Assembly: GCA_016926915.1 (NCBI GenBank)
Contig: JAFGNR010000083.1
Span: 1 to 48,691 of the forward strand
Direction: 5' to 3'
Source of the DNA: Anaerolineae bacterium
Lineage (GTDB): Bacteria; Chloroflexota; Anaerolineae; B4-G1; SLSP01
DNA: 48,691 nucleotides
In this document: one piece after another, positions 1 to 10,100 of the stretch
How the letters are laid out: each line of letters opens with the position of its first letter
How positions within the stretch are numbered: position 1 is the first letter of the stretch
Notes under the pieces: model-generated
Told to the model about the DNA's origin: nothing
Databases searched by the model: none
The model's input: only the letters and a program-made list of their open reading frames with translations
Made by a program: the position numbers and the translations under genes

Positions 1-3000
1 AATGAGGAGCGGTACAAGAAGCCGCAAGTACTGCCAGAGATTTGAAGACGCTGGCTTGTCTTCTGCTGCGACAACAAGGGGTGAGGGCTTTTGGAGCAAG
101 GGGAGTAGATACCCCGCGCCGATGAGGGCCAAATAGGTAGGGTAGTCCCAGGTATTGGTGGCGCGTAATGCACCTGTTGCCAGACCCCCGAGAATGAATA
201 GCGGCAAGTAGTGCAGCGCCTGGCGAATGCGCGCCTGAATTTGCCCTGGTTTGCGCCGCGGCTGCCGCCGTGGCGGTCGTAATCCCCACTGGAGCGCGAC
301 GCCTAAGGCAACCTGGGTCAGCGGCAGCGCCATGGCGTGCGCGTGCAGGTCGGCATAGAGGAATGTGAACAGAGGAAATTCATTGATAGGGCCGGCAACC
401 TCGCCCGGTCCCGGTGGAATGATACGCGTGGCATTCCAATACCACCATTCAGGGCGGAACGGCAAGTTCACGCCCTCGACAACAACTTTCCAGAATCCGA
501 CAATGGCTGAAACGAGTAATTCGTACCCTGGAATCAGGCTATCGAAAGAGAGCGCGCCGACTTCGGCCAACCCCTTTATCAAAAGCTGGAGCTCCCCGAG
601 GTTTCCAATCAGGAGCACACAGACCACTCCCCAAACCCCGGCGCGACGCGCGCGTTTCAAGCAGGCGGCATTGAGCGGCGCTGAACCGGCGCTCAGGTTT
701 GCAGCCAGCGAATAGGCCCCCACCCCTGTCATAGCAAACAAAGAAGGCACGGCAAGGTTATAGGCTACGCTGGGCGCCACACCCAGGAACTTCGCGATAG
801 CGCCGATGATGACAAATCCGAAGTAGTAATAGTTCATGGTTCCGCCGGCAAACCACGGGTCGTAAGGCGGGAACCAGGTGGATTTGATGGTGGCGTTGAG
901 ATAAGCAAAATCCATGGGTTTCTCGCCGGCAGCTACCGGGTGATAAAAATCCGGGTTCAGGTAACGCACGAGCACCCAGCCAAAGAACAGCAGGGTGAAG
1001 ATGATCTCGATACGCGCGAGGTCGCGCCAGTGCGTTGTCAGGTATGTCGCCAGATAAGCACGTTTCCTCAGAATCAGAAGCCCTGTGGCAATAACCCAGA
1101 TCAGGAATGTAGTCCACAACAATAGCCGGGTGTGCGGCGCCCAGTGCATCGAGGCCAGCAACCATCCTGGATATACCCAGGCCAGAAGTCCAGCTGCGCG
1201 GGCAAGGCCATAGCCGTGGTCATAAAAACGTGGAAAGACCGTGACGAGCCAGGGGAAAGCCATCCATCCAACGAGGGTGAGCAGGCCCCACCAGCGGACG
1301 GCAGCTACGATAGGATGACGATTCTGAAGGGTTTCCCGATCGAACAACGCAGACCAGGTTCCTCCAGCTTCCTGGATCAAGCGCACGCGGGTGTTCATGA
1401 CCAGCTGAACCTGGTTCCCGCTTCCCCGTGTTGCCTGGAGGGGGGTCATCCATTGTGCGGTTTCGGCAAGCGCGAGAGAGAGCAGCGTCTCCGCATTGGC
1501 CCGCGAATAGCGAGAGGTTTTGGCAAAAATCAAGACGCGAGGATGATCGTAGACACTGAACGCCTCTTCTGCGGCCGGATAAGGGATAGCACAAGTGCGA
1601 CGATTGGTGTATTGAGGGCTTGGGATTGAGAAAGGCGTTTCTTGATCCTCGAACTGGCATGGTCCTAACGCCGGAAACGAGACGAATTCCCCTACCAAAT
1701 CGAAGCCTAGGCTCCCATCGAACAGCGACCGGTAATAAGCAATCGATAGCGGGTAACGCAGGGGCAATCGGGCAATCGATCCGTAGAGACGGTTGCTCGA
1801 CAGAATGACAAAGTCGACTTCATCCAACCAAGCCAGGAGCTGCTGGCGTTTGGCTGCGTTGTCGTTGTCATACAGGTGCATCAACGAATCCGAGCTCGAT
1901 GAAAGCCCACGATACCAGTCCCTGAAGGGATCCTTGCCATCCATACGTACCGGCAGCGAATCATCCCAATGCTCGTTACCCAAAATCGATGTTGCTAAGG
2001 TAACCGGGAGGCCTTCCAGAAGCCGGACTTGAATGTGAACCACTTCCCCGGCTGCCAACCTCTGTGTTTCCATGGGGGCAGCAACGTGTACTGATTTGCT
2101 ACTGCTAAGAGGGATCAAAACCTCTGTATAGGCCAACACGTCGTCGAAATTCTGATCCGCAGCGAGTGTGATTGCGACGTTTGGTGGCGTGGTTTCGGTG
2201 GGCGTGACACGCGCTTTGTTCAACGAGACACTGATGATCCTGTCCTCTGCGGGCATCGTGAAGGAAGCTGCTGCTGGTGCACCCTCAACGATCAAGATCG
2301 CATTGGGTTGCAGAGGAATCTGGATCGATAATCCTTTTTCCGTGGTTGCAGTCACGGTGGTTGGAATATGTTCGTAAATCCACTGCGAGGCCTCGATTCT
2401 TGTAAAGGGCCTGACGTAGATTTGCATGAAGGCAATTGCCCAAGTCATGGCGCCGGCCAATACCAGCCACGGTACGCCCCGAAGGATAAAGAACCCCAAT
2501 TTTCTGATCTTCGCGGCAGTTGTGTTGACGAGTTGCCTCTTGTAGGCCCACCGGGCAAGGTCTACCAGGGCGACGGCGGCGAAAAGTACAAACACCGGAT
2601 AGACCGGCAGCAAATAGCGCATCGATTTGACCCACTGGATGCCCTGGTAGAGAAAGAACAGGGTTCCCCAGGTCCAGGGAAGCAAACCACGCCAGTCAGT
2701 TTTACGCGCAATTCGCCAGCCCATCATTCCCCAGCCAAACCAGGAGGCGATTCCAAGAGGAATGCCTAATCCCCAGAATACCATGTTGATCCAGGGGAAG
2801 ATGATTGGCAGACGATTGGCCCATTGGTGCCCTGGTGGTGTGTCGATGGTTCCGCTCACCAGCTCGCGGATGAATTTCATGCTCTCAACCCAGCGGGGGT
2901 TCAAATGCAAATCGAAGAATCCCGGCCCGGAAAATGCGTAGGGTTGGGCAATGCGGAAAGCGCAGAACGCCAGCAATCCTGATGCTGTGAGAAACAGGAT

Positions 3001-3819
3001 TGTGGTCAGGTCGAGTGTGAAAACATAGCGCGGCCTGTCGTCTGCGCCATTTTCAGTTGGAGTGTTCTCTTCCAGGCGGCGTTGGAGAATGCCGGCAAGT
3101 CCAACCATGGCGGCGACAGGCCAAGTACTGACTTTCGAAGCTATAGCCAGTCCGGTTGTCAGACCGGCCAGAAGAAGTAGCCATTTTTCGTGGTTTTCGA
3201 CTGCCGAGAGCGCGAAGTAGAGCGTCCAGACGACAAACACAGTGGCAAAACTGTCCACAACGAAGAAGTGCGCGTGCTGAATGGGCAATACCGCAAACGC
3301 ATAGAGCGCTGCCGCCCACAAGGCAACGTGATGACCGAAAAGTTTCTTGGCAAGCAGTGCCAGGGCAAGCAGTGTAAGCAGATCGGTCGCCGTAGAGAGG
3401 TAACGGCCGATGAGGTGCACCCCTCCATACCCCACATAGAGGCCCGGGTAACAGGGGGCCACGGCGCCAAAAAATACAGCGCGGGCGATCGCCGGGAGTT
3501 GTTTGGGCGTCTCGCCACAGGCGCCGTCGAACCATCCTCCGACCAGCCGGGCAGCAAACAGTGGTAATGTGCCGTATACATAGCCCCCGTAACCCCGGTT
3601 CTCGGGATTCAGAGGAGAAGATTCTGTGGACCAGTATTCGCCGGTGGTCTGGGGAATCTCAAGGGCCGAGGCTACCATTGTGAGGTAGCGTTCATCAGGG
3701 TGCAGGTGTGTTCCCTCATCCCAATTGAGATCATAAATCCGCACCCACCCCGCGACTAGCAGAATAAGAAGTAGGAAGCCAGTAAAAGATGCACGCGTGT
3801 AGCTTTTTGAATCTGCCAT
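1..3819 (-). CDS. DUF2298 / Chlor_Arch_YYY-domain giant polytopic membrane protein (putative GT-C-like glycosyltransferase); C-terminus runs off the left edge
   Basis: Own translation of the minus strand: ATG at 3819-3817, then no stop down to position 1 (1273 codons). It is absent from the ORF track, presumably because no stop lies in the window. Highly hydrophobic throughout. Signature GGTMNYYYFGFVIIG (YYY codons at 823-831) is typical of the TIGR03662/DUF2298 family of Chloroflexi and Archaea. N-terminus reads GWVRIYDLNWDEGTHLHPDERYL. Confidence 0.8.
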   Translation of the reverse strand, partial: MADSKSYTRASFTGFLLLILLVAGWVRIYDLNWDEGTHLHPDERYLTMVASALEIPQTTGEYWSTESSPLNPENRGYGGYVYGTLPLFAARLVGGWFDGACGETPKQLPAIARAVFFGAVAPCYPGLYVGYGGVHLIGRYLSTATDLLTLLALALLAKKLFGHHVALWAAALYAFAVLPIQHAHFFVVDSFATVFVVWTLYFALSAVENHEKWLLLLAGLTTGLAIASKVSTWPVAAMVGLAGILQRRLEENTPTENGADDRPRYVFTLDLTTILFLTASGLLAFCAFRIAQPYAFSGPGFFDLHLNPRWVESMKFIRELVSGTIDTPPGHQWANRLPIIFPWINMVFWGLGIPLGIASWFGWGMMGWRIARKTDWRGLLPWTWGTLFFLYQGIQWVKSMRYLLPVYPVFVLFAAVALVDLARWAYKRQLVNTTAAKIRKLGFFILRGVPWLVLAGAMTWAIAFMQIYVRPFTRIEASQWIYEHIPTTVTATTEKGLSIQIPLQPNAILIVEGAPAAASFTMPAEDRIISVSLNKARVTPTETTPPNVAITLAADQNFDDVLAYTEVLIPLSSSKSVHVAAPMETQRLAAGEVVHIQVRLLEGLPVTLATSILGNEHWDDSLPVRMDGKDPFRDWYRGLSSSSDSLMHLYDNDNAAKRQQLLAWLDEVDFVILSSNRLYGSIARLPLRYPLSIAYYRSLFDGSLGFDLVGEFVSFPALGPCQFEDQETPFSIPSPQYTNRRTCAIPYPAAEEAFSVYDHPRVLIFAKTSRYSRANAETLLSLALAETAQWMTPLQATRGSGNQVQLVMNTRVRLIQEAGGTWSALFDRETLQNRHPIVAAVRWWGLLTLVGWMAFPWLVTVFPRFYDHGYGLARAAGLLAWVYPGWLLASMHWAPHTRLLLWTTFLIWVIATGLLILRKRAYLATYLTTHWRDLARIEIIFTLLFFGWVLVRYLNPDFYHPVAAGEKPMDFAYLNATIKSTWFPPYDPWFAGGTMNYYYFGFVIIGAIAKFLGVAPSVAYNLAVPSLFAMTGVGAYSLAANLSAGSAPLNAACLKRARRAGVWGVVCVLLIGNLGELQLLIKGLAEVGALSFDSLIPGYELLVSAIVGFWKVVVEGVNLPFRPEWWYWNATRIIPPGPGEVAGPINEFPLFTFLYADLHAHAMALPLTQVALGVALQWGLRPPRRQPRRKPGQIQARIRQALHYLPLFILGGLATGALRATNTWDYPTYLALIGAGYLLPLLQKPSPLVVAAEDKPASSNLWQYLRLLVPLLI

Positions 3820-4006
3820 GAGGATGATTTTAGTCCAAAGAGACGACAAAACAAGTTCCCGCGTCAGGCAACTATATTTTGCACCCAAGGTAGAGATTTC
3901 GCATAGCCTTTGTTTTATTCCTGGAACACCAAATCCACGTGGCTGAAGTTTATGGCTACGCGAAGTTGTGTTTCCCCCAGAATATCTGTCATTGTAGTGA
4001 GAGCGC

Positions 4007-5452
4007 CTACAAATCGTCGGGACGAGTCATGCGCATTGAACCACCCAGCGGACTCTCTACCATTTCCGCTTGATCCAGAATCTCGGACATGATCTGCGCA
4101 CCCGATCGTCGCGTTGTGGGACTCAATGCAACGCTCAAGTCACGGCGGAACGAAGAGGTCAAATCATCTCCCGTCGCATACCGGACCAACGCAATCGCCT
4201 GGATGGCGTTCGAGATCGCATAGCGAGGCTCAATGCGCTCCAAATCCTCGAAGAAAAATGCACAACTGGTGAACATCCGTTGCCGGTATACCTGCGCCTC
4301 CAGGAGCCCGAGGATGCGCTGCTGGGCAATACTTGAGAGATGCCCCAGATGGTGTTGGGCGAGAAAGGTCGGACCATCTATCTTGCCCAGGAGCACTTCG
4401 ATATAGTCATCGCGCAGCGCCCAAGGCGCCAGATCACGGGACCGGACGGCATTCGCGTAGATTTCGTCGATATCACGCGAGAGATTGTCGAGCGCGCGAC
4501 GCAAGGCGCCTTTCCAATAGCCACAACCGGCAGTGCAAGCACAGCCCGTAGCCCACCGCCCCAAATTGTGCATACAGCTCCAGGCAGTGTTTTCCAGAAC
4601 CTCTACTTCAATTGCAGGCGGGTGCTGACGCAAATGATGCCCCAGTGTCGTGATCTCATAGGCGTCGTGAATACCGGGAGAGGTCAATTCTTGAAGCACA
4701 TCAACCCCATGGCGGTGATGATGTCCAAATGTCTCGCCATCTGTGGCGAGAAGTGTCAGCCCGCCAGATGGGCGACTGCGCACGGTGTCATTGATCCAGG
4801 TGCGCGCCACCTTGGGAGCCGGCATATTGAACGAAAATGAGTTAGAGAGATGACGGTCCCGGATGAAAACCGTGACAAACCGGTCTGTGGACAATCTTAC
4901 TTTGTACGGCCCGGCGCCCGCAGATAGGTCCCCACGCACCTGCTCATCAGACAAGACAACGAACCAGAGACCCGACTCAGCCACAGCCTCAAGCACACTG
5001 TAATCCACAGCCATCTCAGGAAGCCAAATCCCATCCGGACGATGCCCGAAACGGCTTTCAAAACTCCGTATTCCCCATCGAATTTGGCAGCGCTTGTCAC
5101 GTCCGCGCGCCAATGGCAAAATTGTGTGGTGAACGGATTGCGCAAGACCGTTGACTAAATTGAAACGGCGGTAGTAACGTCCAACGGATTCCACGATCTT
5201 GCCATAAGTTTCGCCCGCATGGCGATCCATCCAGCGCGCCAACGTTCCCCCGAGATTGAAACTGATGCGCTCGAAAATACCCGCGTTCGCAATCGGCGCA
5301 TAGCACTCGGCAGTAATCCGGGCATTCCAGTTTGGAAAAGGCGCCGCCTCAGGTTCGATGCGATACTCCCCGGAAAACGGGTCTTCGCGCGGCGGCTGAT
5401 AAAAGTGACCATGAATACATAGAAACGACCTGGAAGAACTTGCCATTCTCAT
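4007..5452 (-). CDS. Glycoside hydrolase family 57 protein (alpha-glucan-active, with DUF3536-like C-terminal half)
   Basis: ORF track. N-terminus FLCIHGHFYQPPRE matches the GH57 catalytic-domain start. Sits next to glgA. An alternative ATG at 5446 has better spacing to the GAAGG Shine-Dalgarno. Confidence 0.8.
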   Translation of the reverse strand: MRMASSSRSFLCIHGHFYQPPREDPFSGEYRIEPEAAPFPNWNARITAECYAPIANAGIFERISFNLGGTLARWMDRHAGETYGKIVESVGRYYRRFNLVNGLAQSVHHTILPLARGRDKRCQIRWGIRSFESRFGHRPDGIWLPEMAVDYSVLEAVAESGLWFVVLSDEQVRGDLSAGAGPYKVRLSTDRFVTVFIRDRHLSNSFSFNMPAPKVARTWINDTVRSRPSGGLTLLATDGETFGHHHRHGVDVLQELTSPGIHDAYEITTLGHHLRQHPPAIEVEVLENTAWSCMHNLGRWATGCACTAGCGYWKGALRRALDNLSRDIDEIYANAVRSRDLAPWALRDDYIEVLLGKIDGPTFLAQHHLGHLSSIAQQRILGLLEAQVYRQRMFTSCAFFFEDLERIEPRYAISNAIQAIALVRYATGDDLTSSFRRDLSVALSPTTRRSGAQIMSEILDQAEMVESPLGGSMRMTRPDDL

Positions 5453-5541
5453 CCTTCAGCTAACAGAAACCGTCGCAGTCGACCGGAGCCGGTCTTCCCA
5501 CACCCGCACCTGTCAACCGCCACGGTTGCGGCGCCAAGGGC

Positions 5542-6993
5542 TTAATGCAATGCCCTGGCGCGGCGATACAAATCCAGGTAAGCCTGCGTCGATGCCTCCC
5601 ACGAGAAATCCATCTCCATTGCCCGTCGCTGAACATCGCTCCAACGCGCCTTATCACGGTATACCCCCAGAGCACGTCGCAAAGCATCTTCAAGTGCTTC
5701 GGATGTATAGGAGGCGAAAACAAAACCTGTCCCGCGCGCGGGTTGCGCATCGAGATCGAGAACCGTGTCAGCGAGGACGCCGGTGGCCCGCACGATGGGC
5801 ACGGCGCCATAGCGCATCGCAATCATATGACTCATACCACCGGGTTCGAACTTACTAGGGGCCACAAAGAGATCGACGCCGCCATAAATCCGCCTGGCCA
5901 GGCGCTCGTCGAACTTCGTAAAGACGCGCACCCGGCGCGGGAACGCCTGCTGCAGATTGCGGAACTGGGTTTCATACGCCTCTTCACCAGTGCCAAGAAG
6001 CACGAATTGCATATCCAGCTCGCCGAGAAGGGCTTGGAGCGCAGGCAATAGAATATCAAGACCCTTCAAAGGATCAAGTCGAAAAACAGCGCCCAACATC
6101 GGTACATCAGCGCGGTCCGTCAATCCCATCTCACGCTGAAGCGCCGTCTTATTGACTGCGCGCATCTTCAAACTATCGACAGCGAATGTCTGAGTGAGCG
6201 CGCTGTCGGTTTTCGGATCCCAAATCTCATTATCGATGCCGTTGAGAATCCCAAACAACCGGTCACGCCGTGTAAACAGCAGACGATCCAGGCCCATCCC
6301 CGCTTCAGGCGTCAGGATATCCCGGCTGTACGTCGGACTGGCGACGCTGATGAGATCCGCGTGAGCAATTCCTTGAGCCATCCAATTCACCTGTCCCGGT
6401 GGTTCAGACGGCAAATGCGCCAGGTCTTGCATATGAGCAAACGTTAATATCAGGCGCCCACAGGTGCCCTGGTAAGCAAGATTGTGAATCGTGAACAAGG
6501 TCGCTATCTCTTTGAGAAAGGCCTCTTTGCGACCGTAAACATCTAGCCAGGCGACAACCGGGGCGGTGTGCCAGTCATGCGCATGGACCACATCAGGCTT
6601 CCATTCCAAGACCTGCATAGCAGAGATGATGGCCCGTGAGAAGAAAGCAAACCGTCGCGCATCATCGTTGAATCCGTAAACCTTCTGACGGGTCGAGAGG
6701 TATTTTTCATCCCACAACATGTAGACAGGAACGCCATCGACAGCCGTTTCGAAAAGGTGCACCCGTTCCTGACCGGGACCGACAGGCACAGTGATCGAAG
6801 GCCCCACTCTTTGCAGGTCATAATCCTTGTTCGAAATGTGTCCGTAGCGAGGGATCAGCAGGCGCGCATCCACACCCACGTTATGCAATGCCTTGGGCAG
6901 GGCGCCGGCAACATCCGCCAGGCCGCCCACTTTTGCGAAGGGTGCTGCCTCAGCAGCCAAAACCAGGACCTTCATTTCGTTATTCATCTCCAT
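5542..6993 (-). CDS. glgA: Glycogen (starch) synthase
   Basis: MKVLVLAAEAAPFAKVGGLADVAGALPKAL contains the K-x-GGL motif. Length of 483 aa fits a GT5/GT-B enzyme. The exact start among three nearby ATGs (6993, 6987, 6975) is uncertain. Confidence 0.9.
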   Translation of the reverse strand: MEMNNEMKVLVLAAEAAPFAKVGGLADVAGALPKALHNVGVDARLLIPRYGHISNKDYDLQRVGPSITVPVGPGQERVHLFETAVDGVPVYMLWDEKYLSTRQKVYGFNDDARRFAFFSRAIISAMQVLEWKPDVVHAHDWHTAPVVAWLDVYGRKEAFLKEIATLFTIHNLAYQGTCGRLILTFAHMQDLAHLPSEPPGQVNWMAQGIAHADLISVASPTYSRDILTPEAGMGLDRLLFTRRDRLFGILNGIDNEIWDPKTDSALTQTFAVDSLKMRAVNKTALQREMGLTDRADVPMLGAVFRLDPLKGLDILLPALQALLGELDMQFVLLGTGEEAYETQFRNLQQAFPRRVRVFTKFDERLARRIYGGVDLFVAPSKFEPGGMSHMIAMRYGAVPIVRATGVLADTVLDLDAQPARGTGFVFASYTSEALEDALRRALGVYRDKARWSDVQRRAMEMDFSWEASTQAYLDLYRRARALH

Positions 6994-7032
6994 TACCCTT
7001 ATTGTCGTGTCTCACCCGATACACCTACCATC

Positions 7033-7060
7033 ATTATAGCCGACTTCATCGAAACAGCAA
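7033..7060 (-). promoter_or_regulatory. Candidate glgA promoter
   Basis: The minus strand reads TTGCTG (7060-7055), a 16-nt spacer, then TATAAT (7038-7033). Confidence 0.4.
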
Positions 7061-7074
7061 CGAAATCGAAACAG
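7048..7074. repeat. 10-nt direct repeat with 17-nt periodicity in the glgA / LTD-PLD divergent region
   Basis: ATCGAAACAG occurs at 7048-7057 and again at 7065-7074. Confidence 0.85.
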
Positions 7075-7088
7075 TCGGGAGCGCGCGC

Positions 7089-7119
7089 ATGCCAAGTTTG
7101 GCATGAAATATGCTATAAT
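7089..7119 (+). promoter_or_regulatory. Extended -10 promoter of the LTD-PLD gene with a palindrome at the -35 position
   Basis: TGcTATAAT at 7111-7119. A perfect inverted repeat ATGCCAA-GT-TTGGCAT at 7089-7104 occupies the place where a -35 element would be. Confidence 0.5.
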
Positions 7120-7163
7120 CGCGCAGGGTTTCGAATGGCGACACCAAGCACAGGAGAGAGACC

Positions 7164-10100
7164 ATGCCGCATACCTACCTTGGGATCTCCAAACAGATCG
7201 CTTCGAGTATTCTGCTCCTTGTTGGAGTTGGCGCCGCTCTCCTCCCACCCTCTTCCAGCGCACCTGCAAGCACGCGAGTTCTTCACGCGGCCGGCAATGT
7301 TGTGATCAACGAAATCGCCTGGATGGGAACCGGTGCAGCTACCAGCGATGAATGGTTAGAACTCCACAACACGACAACCACCGCCATCGGGCTTGATGGC
7401 TGGACGGTTGCAGCGCAGGATGGGATTCCGACCATTCACCTTTCGGGGAGTATCCCTGCAAATGGGTTCTTCCTGTTGGAGCGCACTGATGATACCACTA
7501 TCGCCAACATCCCTGCCGACCAAATCTACACTGGCGCATTAGCCAATACCGGCGAGAGCTTGACCCTGACCGACGCTGAGGGCGCAATCATCGATACCGC
7601 CAACGCGGATGGCGGCGAGTGGCCGGCCGGCGACAATAGTCTGCGGGCATCCATGGAACGCATCAATCCCCGGGCTGGGGATGTGACGACAAACTGGGCC
7701 GCCAACGATGGTATCACCCGTAATGGCTGTGACGCTAATGGAGACGCCATCAATGGAACACCCCGCGCCATCAATTCTGCCGTCGCGGCGGCCGGCGCAG
7801 ATCTGGTCATCTCCAAAACCGGTCCTGTCACAGCCACGGCAGGCGCCGCCATCAGCTACACTATCACTCTCCTGAACGCCGGATCGCTTCCGGCGACAGG
7901 CAACCGCGTGACCGATACCCTGCCACTCGAGGTAACGTTCATGGAAAGCGTACCTCCCCCCACGGCAATCACCGGGCAGAACGTGATGTGGACGCTCGCG
8001 CCTCTTGAACTCGCCGCCATCCAGCAGATTACACTGACCGTGGCGGTTACGCCAGGTATCGTGGGCACATTTACCAATGAGGCGACCGCGACAACAGCTA
8101 CCCCCGAGACAGACACAGCTAATAATCACAGCGCCTGGGCAGTAACCGTAGGCGGCTCACCGCCGCCGGATGAGACAATCCTCATCAACGCCATCCTCTT
8201 CGATGGCTACCAACTCAACGACCCAGACGAAGCCGTGCAGTTGGTCAACACGAGTGCCAATCCTGTTCCCCTGAATGGGTGGACTCTGTGCAAAGTCACG
8301 ACGAGTCTGAGCTGCCGCGACCTTCCCGCTATCACGCTTCCCGCTGGCCAGACGGTTTGGCTAACCCGCGATGCAATGGCGTTTCGCACCTCATTTGGAT
8401 TTGATGCTGATTACGTGCTTAGTCCCTGGCTTTCCAGTGGTCTGAGCAACCTGGGCGATGAGGTGATTTTGCGGGACCAAAACGGGCAAATCAGCGATGC
8501 CCTCGTCTATGGAAGTGGGAATACGAACATTGCGGGCTGGTCGGGAGAAGCCCTGCAGAGTTATGGAAACGACGTTGCACGGGCGGAAGGCCAGATTCTC
8601 CAGCGTATCCCTGATGAAGTGCGCGGTCTTCCTTTGTCCGATACCAATACCCAGAATGATTGGATGCAAAACCTCACGGATCCCTTCAGGGGACGTCGCG
8701 CCGTCTTTCCCGGCTGGGACTTCGTGGACCCGCTCTTCTGGACAACGAAAGCCAGCGCATCCGCCGAACTTCACATCGGAATTCTCCCTGACAACGGCTA
8801 TGAGGTCATCCGCCAGGTACTTTCAACTGCTAACAGCAGCATCGACATCGAGGCTTATGAATTCAACCACGGCAGCCTGCTGAATCTACTGGTGGCCAAG
8901 GCGCAGCAAGGCGTTGCTGTCAGACTGTTGCTCGAAGGAGATCAAGTTGGGGTTGGCGAGCATGATGACAGCTGGCAACAGGAACTCTATGCCTGCCAAC
9001 AACTCGAAGCCGCAGGCGGTCAGTGCTATTTCATGATTCACGAGAGCGGGGAACGGATTTTCAACCGGTATACGCACTTGCACGCAAAATTGGTCGTGGT
9101 CGACAATGTCTGGGCCATCGTCTCCTCACAAAACTTCAGTAATCGTGGACTGCCGTCCGATCCCAAGGAAAATGGCACCTGCGGATCGCGAGGAACCATC
9201 ATCGCCACAACTTCCCCAGCCAGCGTAGCGCGGGCCGCCGAGATCTTTGCCCTGGACTGCGACGCAGCACACCACAACGACATCCTGCGTTGGAACACCG
9301 AGGGATACACGAAATATGGTCTACCAACCACAACGCCAGATTTGGGAATATCCGATAGCGTGAGCTACACCGTCCGGTTTGCAGAGCCATTCACCACAAC
9401 AGGCGCCATCCCACACGAACTTTTCACTGCGCCGGAGGCCGCACTGCGCCAATCGGATGCCCTATTGGGACTTCTCTCACTGGCCGGCGCCGGCGACCGC
9501 GTTTACGTAGAACAGCTCTACGAACATGCCGTTTGGGGGAACAGCGGCAATCCGGCAGTCGAACCCAACCCACGACTCGAGTCCTACATTTCAGCGGCGC
9601 GACGGGGCGCACAGGTACGCATTCTACTCAATGGCGGATACTTCGATCAAGAGTTCCTGGACTTGGTAGACAATCGCGCCACGCTGGCGTATCTTCAAGC
9701 CCTCGCCAGAACCGAGAACCTGGATCTCGAAGCCGCATTGGGCAACCCGACGCAATATGGCATTCACAACAAGATGGCGCTGGTCTGGATCGAGGGCACA
9801 GGAGGGTTCGTCCACATCGGATCGATCAACGGCAGCGAAAATTCCAACAAGGCCAATCGGGAAATCGCGCTCCAGGTACAAAACAACGCCGCCTTTGCCT
9901 ATTTGGAAGCCATGTTTCAGCTTGATTGGAACCTTTCCAATCCGGTTTTGCTCCCACTCCTGCTACATACTTACGAAATTCCAGATCGACTCCTGATCAG
10001 CGAAGTCTACTACGCCACGAGCAACACGAACGCCGAATGGGTTGAGATTCTCAACCCAACAACTGTAACCTTCGACCTCTCGGGCTACTGGATTGGGGAT

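Noticed and set aside
365-3581. About 20 short ORFs on both strands in the first 3.8 kb
   Set aside because: None is in the frame of the continuous 1273-codon minus-strand YYY-domain gene. They are Arg/Pro/Gly-rich shadow frames.
3820-4006. tRNA, rRNA, SRP RNA, tmRNA or riboswitch in the larger intergenic gaps (3820-4006, 16811-16942, 21118-21353, 24198-24373, 26385-26547, 45128-45317)
   Set aside because: Read by eye, none shows cloverleaf arms, a conserved SRP/tmRNA motif or a recognisable riboswitch core. These gaps are adequately explained by promoters, leaders and terminators. A covariance-model scan would be needed to exclude them fully.
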